This document shows, piece after piece, positions 24,663-36,112 of a DNA stretch of 64,000 nt (positions are counted from its first letter, which is position 1; every line of letters begins with the position of its first letter). This stretch comes from Guillardia theta CCMP2712. Taxonomy: Eukaryota > Protista > Cryptophyta. Made by a program: the position numbers and the translations under genes. The DNA is taken from NCBI RefSeq assembly GCF_000315625.1, contig NW_005434656.1:631636-695635 (forward strand), read 5' to 3'. The notes beneath the pieces were generated by a model. The model saw only the letters and a list, made by a program, of their open reading frames with translations, was not told the origin of the DNA and did no database searches.

Positions 24663-26366
24663 TCACGCCATGTTCAAGAAGCTAGCGGATGGGCTGCCAA
24701 ACATCAAGGCCCCGAAGTTGTCGCTTCTACCCTTGCTGTCACCGTCGTCGTAAGCATCGATTGGCGAACCCTGGAAGCAGACATGGTTAGAATTGTAGAG
24801 ATAGTCATAGAAGGGAGTCCTGCTTGACCTGATGCATCAGGAAGTTTGAGTCCGTCGTATGGGAGGGAGTTGATAGCAAGTTGAAGTCCAGCACACGTGG
24901 CTTCTTGTTGCGAGGAGGAGAGAGGAGGTTGTCTGCGTCGCCATATTTGGAGTCCGGTGAGGCGCTTCGGCTGCTTGACATGGGAGCAACACGAAAGGCG
25001 ATGTCTTTGTGATCCCGAGGAGTAGAGTCGTAGTCCTTTCGATTCTGACATTCCTCGCACTTGCATTTGTCTGTGCACTGAACTCCAGCCCTGTTGAAGC
25101 AATCAGAAGCGGTAGCAAGACACACGACAAACTCACTGGTAACATTCGCAATACTTCTTCAGGCAGTGCGATTTCTTGCATCGACATCCGCGAGCATGCA
25201 TTCCCTTGTCTTGCTGGATTTCGTCCACAATCTTGGGAGCAAACGCATTGTTGTTTCTTTGCTTGATTGTATCGACTGCTTGCAGTCGCATGTCCTCATG
25301 GTCTCCATCATTCGCACAATCAACACATTTGCATCCGGAGCAAATCTCTCCAGCGGCAAAGCACTCGCAGTATCTAGCAGATAGATAGGTAAGCTGTGTA
25401 AATGCATCCAAACAGACTTACAATTTAAGACATCGTGATTTCTTGCAAGAACAGACCTTCTTTCTCGAGTCGCTCTGATCAGCATTCCTGTCTTTGTAGT
25501 CGAGAGTCTGGAGTGATGGGGTCGCTGGAACTATAGCAGATTTGTACCTGTCACTCATCATCAGCTCCTGCACAGAACGACCTAGATTTCACTACTTGTA
25601 TGCGATCGCAGGAGTTTCGAAGCCTTGCACATTCACCACGTCTTTGTTCATGTCGAATGAGAACAAATCGCAAATGGAAAGCCTTGGTCGACGAGTCTGC
25701 ATGAATGCCAAATCCTCTGCGAGCTTGATGGGCACTTTCACCAAGGTGTTGGAGGCCGTCTTGTCGAGTTCCTTGATGGTTACAGCATCAGCAAACACAC
25801 TAACAATCAGGGCACTCACAGATCCGATCTTCATCTCGAAGGCAGATGTTTGATCGACGTGCGTGATCGGGCTAGCATTCTTTGACATGGAGAGAACATC
25901 GTTGGAGCGGGAGTCATGCTCTTGCAGAGGAGACGTGTCTCTGGTTGAGAGAGAAAGGGTCAGAGGAGGAGCACAGAGACGCCCGACAGCTCACATCTTG
26001 ACCGGACGGATCTGCGAATAGGAAGGCGACAAGATCGACCTCTCCACACTAGCAGGGGTCATCATCTCGTTATCCAAACAGTCCAAGCTGCTAGTCGCCC
26101 ATTCTCGGAAGGGAGATTGTCCAGGGGTGATGTTTCGGTTCGGAGTGCATTCGAGGATGTTCAGCTGACCTCCGGGGCTCGTTTGCAACGCGCCTTACAA
26201 GACGCCATCAGGTCAAGCAGGAGGAGAGTCGCAAAGTACCAGGGCTATCGACCACGCTCTTTTCTTCTTCCTTTGCACCCCGGTTGGCCTGCTGTGCTTT
26301 GTTCGCACTTCTTGTTTCACGTCGACTCCGGGTCGGCGGTTTTGGGGTTCGGAAAGGAGAGCTCAT
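24663..26366 (-). CDS. Tesmin/TSO1/LIN54-type tandem CXC-domain DNA-binding protein
   Basis: KRRSVLARNHDVLNC/…YCECFAAGEICSGCKCVDCAN, linker RNNNAFAPKI, second CXC GCRCKKSHCLKKYCE...AGVQCTDKCKCEECQN; S/T-P-rich N-terminus. Confidence 0.92.
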
Positions 26367-27335
26367 ACCCAAATCAGTGTGATAGGACTGGTTATCTGAT
26401 ACCAAGGTCAGTGCTGCTTCATGGATCCTGATTACAATGAATTTCCAGTTCTTTGGGGAAACTTGATCATGACATAACAACATACAATGAGAGTACACAT
26501 GTGAAATACACGGCTCTGACACTCTAACCTCATATCAAGCTGAAAAGATACCATCACTGCAGTAGATTGCGGACACGTTACTGTGTAAACGAATGAAGGT
26601 AACATGGAGGGATTGAAAGAACACGGTTCGAGGCCAGATATTTGGCACAAACATGCACTAAACTGCATCGCTCTGCCTATATGAAAACAATCTGCATGAA
26701 ATCTTGTCACCCCTGCTTAGGTACATGGTATCTATCGATTGGTTGTTTGAGCACAATATAAGCTGAGAATTGGTTAGCAACAGAAGTGCCGCGAATCAAA
26801 GTCAGAGCAGGAGGTGCAGACAGGATTGAGAGACTTGAAACAAGGCAGAGAGTGAGGGAGCAGGAGGTTGGAGGAAGCTGGTAGAGCATCAGGGAGTCTG
26901 CGGTGCCATTATTTGTAGCGCGGGGGATGGCGGGAGGCGTGCGGGGAAGCAATTCAAACAGACCCCCACCCCCCACCCCATGCTCGAAAGCTTTTTTGAA
27001 ATCTTTCACATGGTGGGTGGTACTACCCTACCATTGCCTGCAGGCTTGCGTAGGGGTGGCGAAAATAGGTCGACAGATAAATAACATGTGGTACAGATTT
27101 GTAGCAGCCAAAAGTTTTGAATTTCAATACAAACATTTTTCATCAAACTCAATACTACCAATATTTGTAGCTAATTATATTTTAAGTTTTGTTAAAAATT
27201 AATTCAATGATACCATCTTTTGTACCTTGGATGCTTGGTCTTAGCAATCTTAAAATATTTTGAAATAAAAAAACTCTTTTACACATTTTTTTCCCGTCTA
27301 ACTGCGTTGGACCCGACAAGTCAAACTGAAGCGCG

Positions 27336-29829
27336 ATGATGGCAATAACGAGCAGACGCGAGCAGGAAGGGAGGGAGGGAGGGAGGGAGGAATGTAAGGA
27401 GGAGAGAGACGAACAGCATGAGAAGAACGCCAAGAAGAGGATCTGGTTCTCTTGCAGTGGACAAGCATCACGAACGTCAACTTCCTCCACCCCTCAGCAC
27501 GACTCGCCTGCTAGGGGGAGGTCAACCACGATGTTCAAGGATGGAAGGCCGAGGGCTCCTCCGAAAGTGATATCTCTGTTGGGAACTCGCCATGCAAGCT
27601 ACAAGTACACGGAAGATACTCATCGTCCGGCTCGACAGCCACAGGAGCCAACCAGGGAGTTGCCAGTGGAGCTCCCAACGAGGCAACATGAAAAGATCGT
27701 GGACGCAGTTGCGGTCGACAGCCTTTCATGGCTCAACGCTGTCCGCCGAGTTGCCTCCGATGTGCGGACAGGATGCGAATCAACTCTGAGTCAGTTTGAT
27801 CAGACTCAGGGAGACGAGAGCTTCGGGAACGACCTGTTGGACAGGCACGAGCGGGTTGTCATGAAAGCCTACAACATGGGTGGCGGCGTGAGAGGCTTCG
27901 AGCGAACACATGCAGGTAAAGAAAGAGGGTAGAGACCTCCTTGTTCTGATTTGAAGGCCTGGCAGTTGAGGCAGCCAGACGTCTGACGTCCATGTTGTCG
28001 AGGGAGGAAGACGACCCGCAAGTTCGAAGGCTTTCTGAGCATGTCCGTGAGCTGAGCAAGAGGACTGTAGACCTCAGACCCAGCGATCCCTGGGACTGGG
28101 AAGAGACGCCGAGGAGGCCAGAGAAAGAGAATCTCAACACGAACTTGAGCGAGGCCCAGCTGAACTTGCCAGAGGCTGCGCAAATCCCGGCAAAGGTCGT
28201 CAACACAACGGCAATAGCCCCGAAAGCGATATCAGTCTGGTTGTCCGAAGTTCAGGTGCGATTGATCCCCCCGTTTGAGAACGAGGCGAAGAGGAAGGAG
28301 TGGAGCTGCTGTGTCAAAGTTTCCTTCTGCAACCAGAAGGTCAAGAGTCGACCGACGAGCTCGTGTTCCAACGCCTGTGGCTTCTCCGAGCTGTTCTGTT
28401 TCGAGCGCGTTGACCTGCAAAGGGTTGAGGACGACAGCATGTGGATCAAGGTCAAGCTCTCAGTCTTCTTGGGAAGCAGGAGAGTGCAGACACAGATGCT
28501 GTTCCTTCCTGTCTTGAAGATGCAGAGTGAAGGAGAGAGCAAGTACCTTCACCGGAAAGAGCTCCCAGAGAACCTTGAAGGTGATCTTCGAGGAAAGCTA
28601 TCTTTCTCGTGCTTCGTTCACACGTCCGTCGGGGATAAGATAAGGCACCCGAAGGGCGTACAAGAGTCCAGAGCAAGGATCCCAACAGCTCGAGTAGCTG
28701 GCCAGCAGGAGGAAACTGCAAACGTCTTGCTGGAATATGTCAGGGTGAAGCAGCAGGCCGGTGCCAGAAGTCAGCAGAGTCTTATGGAACCTGAGGTGAA
28801 GAGAGGAGAGGATGAAGATGTGCGTGAGTGACTCGTGCTGCAGGGTGTACCGAAGGAGCAGGAGCTTGATGAGAGACTGAACGTGGCAAGGCAACAGGCG
28901 GAGCATCAGCAAAGGATGCAGACGTTGGAGGAGATGAGGGCGAGGACGCTGAAGTTTGATGATCCGAACCACCTCAGGATACTGGCAAGCAAGAGGGAAG
29001 AGCCCTTGCTCAAGACCGGGAGCGCGATCACTGAGAGATACCTAACGTCCGAACACAACAAGACGCTGCTGGACAACTGCAGCATCCTGTTCGGCGGCGA
29101 GCGGGAAAGGGACGGGGAAGATACGGAGGGGGAGGAGGAGCTGCAGGCGTTGGATTGCAGAAAGAGCATCGCGGACCTCGAGCGAAGGTTGAGCAGTCAA
29201 GTCTACCATGAAGAGCACGGCCAGTGCGACTTCGGAATCGACTTCGAGGACGAGTATCCTTATGCTGTCAAGGATGCGAGCCATCTCATGAGCCCAGGAT
29301 GGGTCCAGCAAGAAGATCCCAAGTACCAGCAGCCGCACGTGCGACCAGGAGACCTTCTGCTGCAGGTAGACTGCTCCCCTCTCTCCCCTCCTTGTGATTT
29401 CCTTCTCAGGTCGGCCAAATCCCCGTTGAGCACCTTGACTTGTCCTTCCGCCGTCGGCTCCTATGGGGATCGCCATTTCAGTCCCTCCCGCTCCTCTTCG
29501 TCCGCCCTCGCACTGGTGAGAAGTACACTGTTCAGGCCCTCCGCCATCGCTTCCTTGGCACGAGTACCGCTAGAGCAGCGCCGGCATCGGAGACTAAGGC
29601 AGGAGCTGCTCTCCCTGCCTCGATCTGCTCTAACTCGTTCCTACAGGCCGAAGGCTTCAGGTGGCAGAGCGAGAAGTTCCGGCAGCTTCAGGTGCCGCAG
29701 CCTCTCCTTGAAGGTTCGATTGACTCGCTCGCGCAGGAGCGGCTGGAGCCACTGGAGGTGAGGATCCGAAGATTGCAGATCAAGAGGGCAAGGCAGGGGC
29801 AGGAGGAAGCGCCTCAAAGAATGATATAG
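27336..29829 (+). CDS. Hypothetical protein with C2-like central region and degenerate PDZ-like C-terminal region
   Basis: Consecutive long ORFs joined by GT-AG introns; beta-rich CCVKVSFCNQKVKS...FSELFCF; VRPGDLLLQV...RLLWGSP...LLFVRP resembles PDZ. Confidence 0.55.
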
Positions 29830-30045
29830 ATGCTCTCAGCCGGATGTAAGAGTGAAGATGTTCCACAAGCGCATAACGCGCATTTAACGTAAAACATGTC
29901 ATTTACTCGCTAGACAGAAACAGCACGGAGTGTACAAAAGGAAGTGCTCAAGGTAGCAAGCCTCCAACCCAATTCCCCATGGGGTTAATCTTAAAGACAA
30001 GCATGGCAGCCATAGCCACATGGAGCAGAAGAAGTCATTTCACCA

Positions 30046-30942
30046 TCATTGAGTGGCGAGATTGCTCTTGTCCAGACCATCAAAGTAAGGATGCAGCATG
30101 GCTGCCTTGGCCGAGCATCGTCGAGAAGGCTCATAGATCAGAGTCTGTGAGAGCAGGTCGAGCCCAGGTCCGTCCATCCCAGTGACGACCTCCGCTAGAG
30201 GCCTCGCGTTCCAGTGAGGGAAGGAAGGCTTGTAATCAGGCAGCTGCGTCACTCCCGGCCAACCCTCCTCGTTGGGGGTTCCGAGGACTCGGAAGATCCT
30301 GAAGAGCTCGTCGATCTCAGAGTCTCCAGGGAAGAGAGGCCGTTTCATGACCAGCTCAGCGAATATGCAGCCAATGGACCACATGTCGACGGGGGTCGAA
30401 TAATGCTTCGAGCCAAGCAAGATCTCAGGCGCGCGGTACCACAGCGTCACCACCTCGTGCGTGTACGTGCGGACGGGGATACCAAACGCTCGTGCTAGAC
30501 CAAAATCAGCTAATTTCAGCATCCCCGACCTGTCGATGAGGAGATTTTGAGGTTTGAGGTCACGATGCAGCACCCGGTGGGCATGGCAGAAGGCTATTCC
30601 TTGCAGCATCTGGTAGACATACGACTTGATCATCTGAGCAGGCATGCCCCCGTTCGCGTTGTACCCATCCATATGCTTCTTGAGGTCGTGTTCAAGGAAT
30701 TCGAACACAAGGTGTAGCTTGTTCTCGCTATGGACGACGTCTTTCAGCTGCACGATGTTGGGATGTTGAAGCTCCTTGAGCAAAGAAATCTCTCGAATTG
30801 CAGTCGACGGCACTCCCTCGTCTTCCGCATCAAGCCTAATCTTCTTCAAGGCAATGATCGCCTGGGTTTGTCTGTCCCGCGCTTTGTAGACAACCCCATA
30901 CGTTCCCTCGCCAATTTTTTCTATCTTCAAGTATTTTTCCAT
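30046..30942 (-). CDS. CDKA: Cyclin-dependent kinase A (CDK1/CDK2/cdc2 type)
   Basis: [70 protein letters not shown]; intronless, ATG 30942. Confidence 0.98.
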   Translation of the reverse strand: MEKYLKIEKIGEGTYGVVYKARDRQTQAIIALKKIRLDAEDEGVPSTAIREISLLKELQHPNIVQLKDVVHSENKLHLVFEFLEHDLKKHMDGYNANGGMPAQMIKSYVYQMLQGIAFCHAHRVLHRDLKPQNLLIDRSGMLKLADFGLARAFGIPVRTYTHEVVTLWYRAPEILLGSKHYSTPVDMWSIGCIFAELVMKRPLFPGDSEIDELFRIFRVLGTPNEEGWPGVTQLPDYKPSFPHWNARPLAEVVTGMDGPGLDLLSQTLIYEPSRRCSAKAAMLHPYFDGLDKSNLATQ

Positions 30943-31499
30943 CCTGCCAAGTTCAGTTTCAGATTGGGCAAGCTTCACATTTTCAGTGGGGAATGACTGT
31001 TTTGACAACCAGAAAAAGATGATCAAAATTCAAGGATTCAACAATGCGCTCAATGAAATCGATTATCAAACCAACAAAGTGCACACAAGAAAAACTTCTT
31101 AGAAGATGAGATTCCTCTCAAAACAAGTGCAGGTAGAGCCGGAGGAGCCGGAGAATGACAAGGCAGTTGCTTTGCGCAATTTGCAGAACTAACAGCAAGT
31201 AGAGCAGTGATGAACGAAAGTTGGCAGGGCAACGTGTTGGAACAAGTGAGGAGATAAGGAAAGAAACCAGGGTAAAGAGGATAAAATGAAGCGCTTCGAA
31301 GGAAAATAGAGGGAAGGAAGGAGAATCCAGATGTTCTGAAGATGAGAGAAACACAGAGTCTGGGATGGGCGATGACAGGGAAGGATCAGCACAAGGACAA
31401 GGGCAAGGACCACCATGTCGGACGCTTCAAGGTCAAGGAAAGGAAAGGGTGAGCTATGACAAGGGGTAGGGGAAGAAAAAAATGGGGGACACAGGAAGG

Positions 31500-31705
31500 G
31501 GGGGGAGGGGGAGAAGAGATGTAAGTGAAGGAGGGGAAGGAGGAAGAGATGTAAGTGAAGGAGGGGGAGGGAGGGAAGAGATGAAAGTGAAGGAGGGGGA
31601 GGGAGGGAAGAGATGAAAGTGAGGGAGGGGGAGGGAGGGAAGAGATGTGAAGGAGGGGGAGGGAGGGAAGAGATGTAAGTGAAGGAGGGGAAGGGGGAGG
31701 GAAGG
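31500..31705. repeat. Purine-rich ~30-bp minisatellite (GAAGAGATGTAAGTGAAGGAGGGGGAGG...) upstream of CDKA
   Basis: About 6 imperfect copies read directly. Confidence 0.8.
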
Positions 31706-32030
31706 AGCAGGAAGCGGCTGCAGCAAGCCACACAAAGTCTGCATCAAACCTTGTGGGCGCGCGAAGAGGAGCGGCTGAGGGGCGAACTGGAGGGTCTAGG
31801 GTAGTCCACCTGGTAAAATTGACTGATAAAGTAGGGGGTCTTTAGTATCGAATATGGGGGTCGTGAAATTGGTTGTGGGGTGCCAAAAATGGGTAGGGGT
31901 GGTGAAGACTGAGGGGGACTCGTAATATTTCTCGGCTACAAAAAGTTCGCAGGTACGAGATGCACGACGATCAGTCCAGAAGGGAAAATGTGAGAACATG
32001 CTGGAAAGAAGAGGAGGAGAGGAGAGGAGG

Positions 32031-32266
32031 GGAGTAGAACAGGAGTAGGAGTAGAACAGGAGTAGAACAGGAGTAGGAGTAGGAGTAGGAGTAGGAGTAG
32101 GAGTAGGAGTAGGAGTAGGAGTAGGAGTAGGAGTAGGAGTAGGAGATGGAGATGGAGTAGGAGTAGGAGTAGGAATTGGAGATGGAGATGGAGATGGAGA
32201 TGGAGTAGGAGTAGGAGTAGGAGTAGGAGTAGGAGTAGGAGTAGGAGTAGGAGTAGGAGTAGGAGA
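32031..32266. repeat. (GGAGTA)n hexamer microsatellite with GGAGAT variants
   Basis: Direct reading. Confidence 0.95.
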
Positions 32267-32389
32267 TGAAAAGAACAGCACAACAGGAGGAGGGGAGAGA
32301 AGGAGCGAAAAGCGAACAATATCTCGTATCAGACTTACACCATAACAGGGTGGCATGAAATGACGTGTGGCAAGTGCTGGGTAACTTGC

Positions 32390-35026
32390 ATGCGGCGATG
32401 CCGATCCCATATCTTGGTGCTCGTGTTCGCGTCGCTGATGGGTCCTGCCACCATGGCAAGGGATGCGAATCACTTGCTTCAAGAAGCGAACGCACTCGGT
32501 ATGGACAGGGAGGAGCTGAAAATTTCCTTGCTCAAGGAGGCTCTCCTCTTGGATCCATCCAACGTAGAGGCTGCCAAGTCTCTTTCGTTCACGAGAATCT
32601 CCCAGCTATTTCGCATCAGGAGCGCCGACGACCCGCAGCATCCGATCCTGACGGAGGCAGAAGCAGCACTTGACGACGTTAGCAAGAGGACCAGGATGAG
32701 CCAGAACACGAGGAACATGGTGAAGACTGTCGTACAGCCCGTGCTTCAGCCGTGACCCCACGGCAGATCTGCAATATGCTGATCAACTATGGGCACAACC
32801 TGGAAGGGAGGGACCGGCCCCTAATGGCTCTGCAGCTCTACCTCCTCGCCGCCAGGATCGATCCAGCGCACGAGAACACCATGGGATCTTTGTACAAGGC
32901 AAGCCTCGTCCTATTCCTCCTCTTCCTCTGTCTGATGGCCCTCCCTGCTGTGGCAGGTCCGAGAGTGGCTGTGCGTGTGGGAGGGACGGGAGGAAGAGTT
33001 CTCAAGGCTGATGAACGTCGTCCAGAGGTTAACACAACAGCAGCAGGGCTGCCGCTGACATACATGACAGGCAGCTGCAGCAGGGAGGGGCCGCTCAGAC
33101 CTCGCTACAGCCTCTCACGGCCGTTTCTCAGGACGTAGACCCTCTCACTCAACTCTCCATGTCAGTTGCCATGTTGGCCTTGAGCTCTCGATCACCCTCC
33201 TGCAGAGCCAAGGCCTGGTCGCTGCTCTACTCCTCAGGAGTCCATAGGGAGAATCCCTTCCTAGGCGCCATGAAGCCTCCGAGTGCGGTAGGGGACAAGG
33301 GCGGCTGGTGTTGCAGTGATGAAGGGGCTGACGGAGGAGGCAGAAGAAGGCTCTCTCTGTCGGATACATCAGCGGGGATCTTCGCGGCCATGCAGTGAGC
33401 CATCAGATGCTGATGGTCTTCAGACAGCACATGGTCAACAAGAGGTGAGCAAGGTCGTCACTTTAGTCCTGTTTGCGACAACCTTGTGCAGGATCAGAGT
33501 CGTCGTACTCAACACTTTTGCTGGAAATGTCGGAGTGCACGGACAGGAGATCAAGTCGTACGTGAACAAGTGGGTCGATGTCAACCCGATGCGCGACGAG
33601 CAGCTTGCAGCAACTATCACTAACACTCTCAAGGTGCCTCCTGCTCTGTTCTTCTCCTCCTGCCCTGAGTCAGGATCAATGCAGATTCACATCCTTGTAG
33701 ACCTCTCGGGGCACACAGGAGGGACGCGATTGAGCGCCCTGAGCCTCAGGCCCACCCCCGTCATCATCTCCTTCTTAGGCTACGGGAGCACGACAGGGGC
33801 GTCGTTTGTCGACTACTTCCTGTCAGACCACAAGGCCTCCCCCCCCGAGATGGTGACTGAGCCGACCGCGGCTGCTGCCTTGTGTAGAGGCTGAGGAATC
33901 GCAGAGCTACGCGCACTCGGAGACTTTTGCGTACCTGCCCGTGACTTACTATCCCTTCAACACGCGGCAGGCGATCGACTCCACGTGCTGCGCTGACCTT
34001 GAGTTGACGTCCATCCCCTAACTCTCCTGCAGGCCCTCGTACGAGGACGTGGGAATCGCAAGAGGCCAGACGTCCTTCATCTTTGCGTGCTTTAACAGGA
34101 ACCTCAAGATCAAGCCGGATGTTTTCGAGGTGCGCACGTGAAGGCCTTGTTGGGGTGGTGAACGTCGTTCAGGTCTGGATGAAGGTGCTCAAGGCTGTTC
34201 CTCGGAGTGTTTTATGGCTCCGACGCTTTCACATTCGGGTGCAAGAGAATCTCCTAAGGCATGCCGAAAGGCTGGGGGTGTCTAATGCGTCGATCATCTT
34301 CGCTGGACGGTGAGGCCAATCAGTGGATCGCTCGTCCTCCTTCCCCTCTCTCCCTCTCCCACGTCCTCTGACCCCCGGATCAGGATTCCCGATCGCTCGA
34401 AGCATCTTGCAAGGCACAGGCTAGCGGACTTGTTCCTTGTACGCTTCTCCTCATCCTCGCCCTCCCTCAGTCTCTCCAGGACACCCCAAGGTTCGGTGGG
34501 CACTCGACCCTAGCAGATGTCTTCTGGGCCGGGGTATCACTGAACTTGGTGACGTAGAGGAGGGAGTGACAGTGACAGGTTCCATCGCTGGTCATCCCAG
34601 GGGAGGGAGCGAGTTCGAGGATCGGCGCTTCCATGGCGTCCGCTCTCAATGGCTCCGTCTTTATCGCTAGGGATCTCCACGACTATCAACAGCTGGCCAT
34701 TCAGCTGGCCAGTCAGGTGGAGTCTGTGCTCGAGGAGGGTGCCGAGCGCTGAGGGGGGGACAGCGGGGAGCGCAAGTGATCTCGAGGTGGAAGAGCCAGG
34801 AGGCGCGGCAGATGCACGAGGAGGGGGCGAGGGTGGGGAGCGAGACACACACGAGGAGTCTGGAGAGCATGTTCCATGTGAGCCCCTGCGACAATGGTAG
34901 CATCGACTGCTGACAGCTTTGCAGAGCATGTGGGAAGAATTCCGAGCGAGGAGGCACAGCAAGCAGCGAGCTGGTCGAACCCCAAAGGCATTCGTATTGT
35001 CTGTCGTCCACGCGGAGCATAGATAA
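32390..35026 (+). CDS. TPR plus GT41 glycosyltransferase (OGT/SPINDLY-like) with N-terminal hydrophobic leader, multi-exon
   Basis: [29 protein letters not shown]...[38 protein letters not shown]...[27 protein letters not shown]|DTP...GHST; TPR-like helices upstream. Confidence 0.9.
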
Positions 35027-35202
35027 GATTAAAAGTGTTGAAATCTCATCCTCCGCAACTTGCAAGTATACATATGAGAGCTGCTGAATCTTGGTAGCAT
35101 AAATACGAAGCTGTGGACTCACTGAGACGTGTTTTTCTTGATTCCAAAGACATGTAAACATGAAGTTGAATAATTTCAATCAAATATGAGACTGTTTGCC
35201 CC

Positions 35203-36112
35203 TCACATGACGCAGCAGTCCTTCTTGCTCTTCCTGCTAGCAACATCAACGAAGAGACGACCCTTCCAAGTTTGATGACCTCTTGTAACTTTCGAGGAAA
35301 CTGAGCTGCTTCGCATTGATAGCGCCTCTCCGCCTTCCTCGGATGGTCTTTGCCCGCAAGTGAGGACAGAGAGAGGCTATCAGACACGCTCTTACCTGCA
35401 CGGCATCTAGAGGGTCCATTCCTTTTTCAATCAGTGCTATCGCAACCAACACTGGGGCCCTGTACACATCATCAGCCGCTCCGAAAAGGTGTACAGCAGG
35501 AGGGCATGTGGGAGGGAACAGGTGTACAGCAGCTTCGTGCGCAGAGGATCCATCTCTTACCTCCCAAGACCGGCCACACAATGGATACCGATGCCTGAAG
35601 GACGAGCGTGAGCTGCAGCGGGAGGAGATTTTCATTGCTTGCTTACTCTTTTTCGGCGGGTCCGCCTTGTCAACAAAAGTCGATTTCACCAGCCCCTGCG
35701 ATTGACCTCAAGTCAAACATCCACACACCCAGGGCCTCCTCCTTCTCCCACCAGCCACTTGGAGATGATGTTGTCTGGCGGAGGGTCTCCGTCAGGGAAC
35801 GGCCAGTCCTGCTCGAAGTGAGCGGGAGAGACAACGAGCCAAGTCTCTCACATGAACTTCGATGCCGGCCTCTTCGAGCGGTCGTGTACCATACGTGGGG
35901 TCACACACTCGAACGACATGCGCTACACTGAGTTTCGTCAATTCCTGCAGCCCAAAAGCATCAGCACAATCATTCAGTCTGGGCAAGCAAGAGGAGCAGT
36001 AACTCGCCTGCAGATACATGGGCAGATTTGCGTCATTGGGGGCATCAAAGATGACGAACTTGCAACCACGTGTTTCCACGATGCTCACGGGAGTGATCAC
36101 GCTTTGGTGCAT
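35203..36112 (-). CDS. PTP4A: PRL / PTP4A prenylated protein tyrosine phosphatase
   Basis: FVIFDAP, VVRVCDPTY, DWPFPDG, active site IHCVAGLGR|APVLVAIALIE, RRGAINAKQL, spliced polybasic CAAX tail RKSKKDCCVM*. Confidence 0.95.

Noticed and set aside
30046-30942. Intronless CDKA as a possible retrogene
   Set aside because: Other genes here are also intronless or have very long exons; no poly-A remnant or TSD.
32031-32266. (GGAGTA)n as interstitial telomere repeat
   Set aside because: Does not match TTAGGG/TTTAGGG-type units; short copies recur elsewhere (~48505-48545) as ordinary microsatellite.
31796-32495. ORFs with poly-PT, poly-L and poly-SY tracts
   Set aside because: Translation artefacts of the (GGAGTA)n microsatellite.
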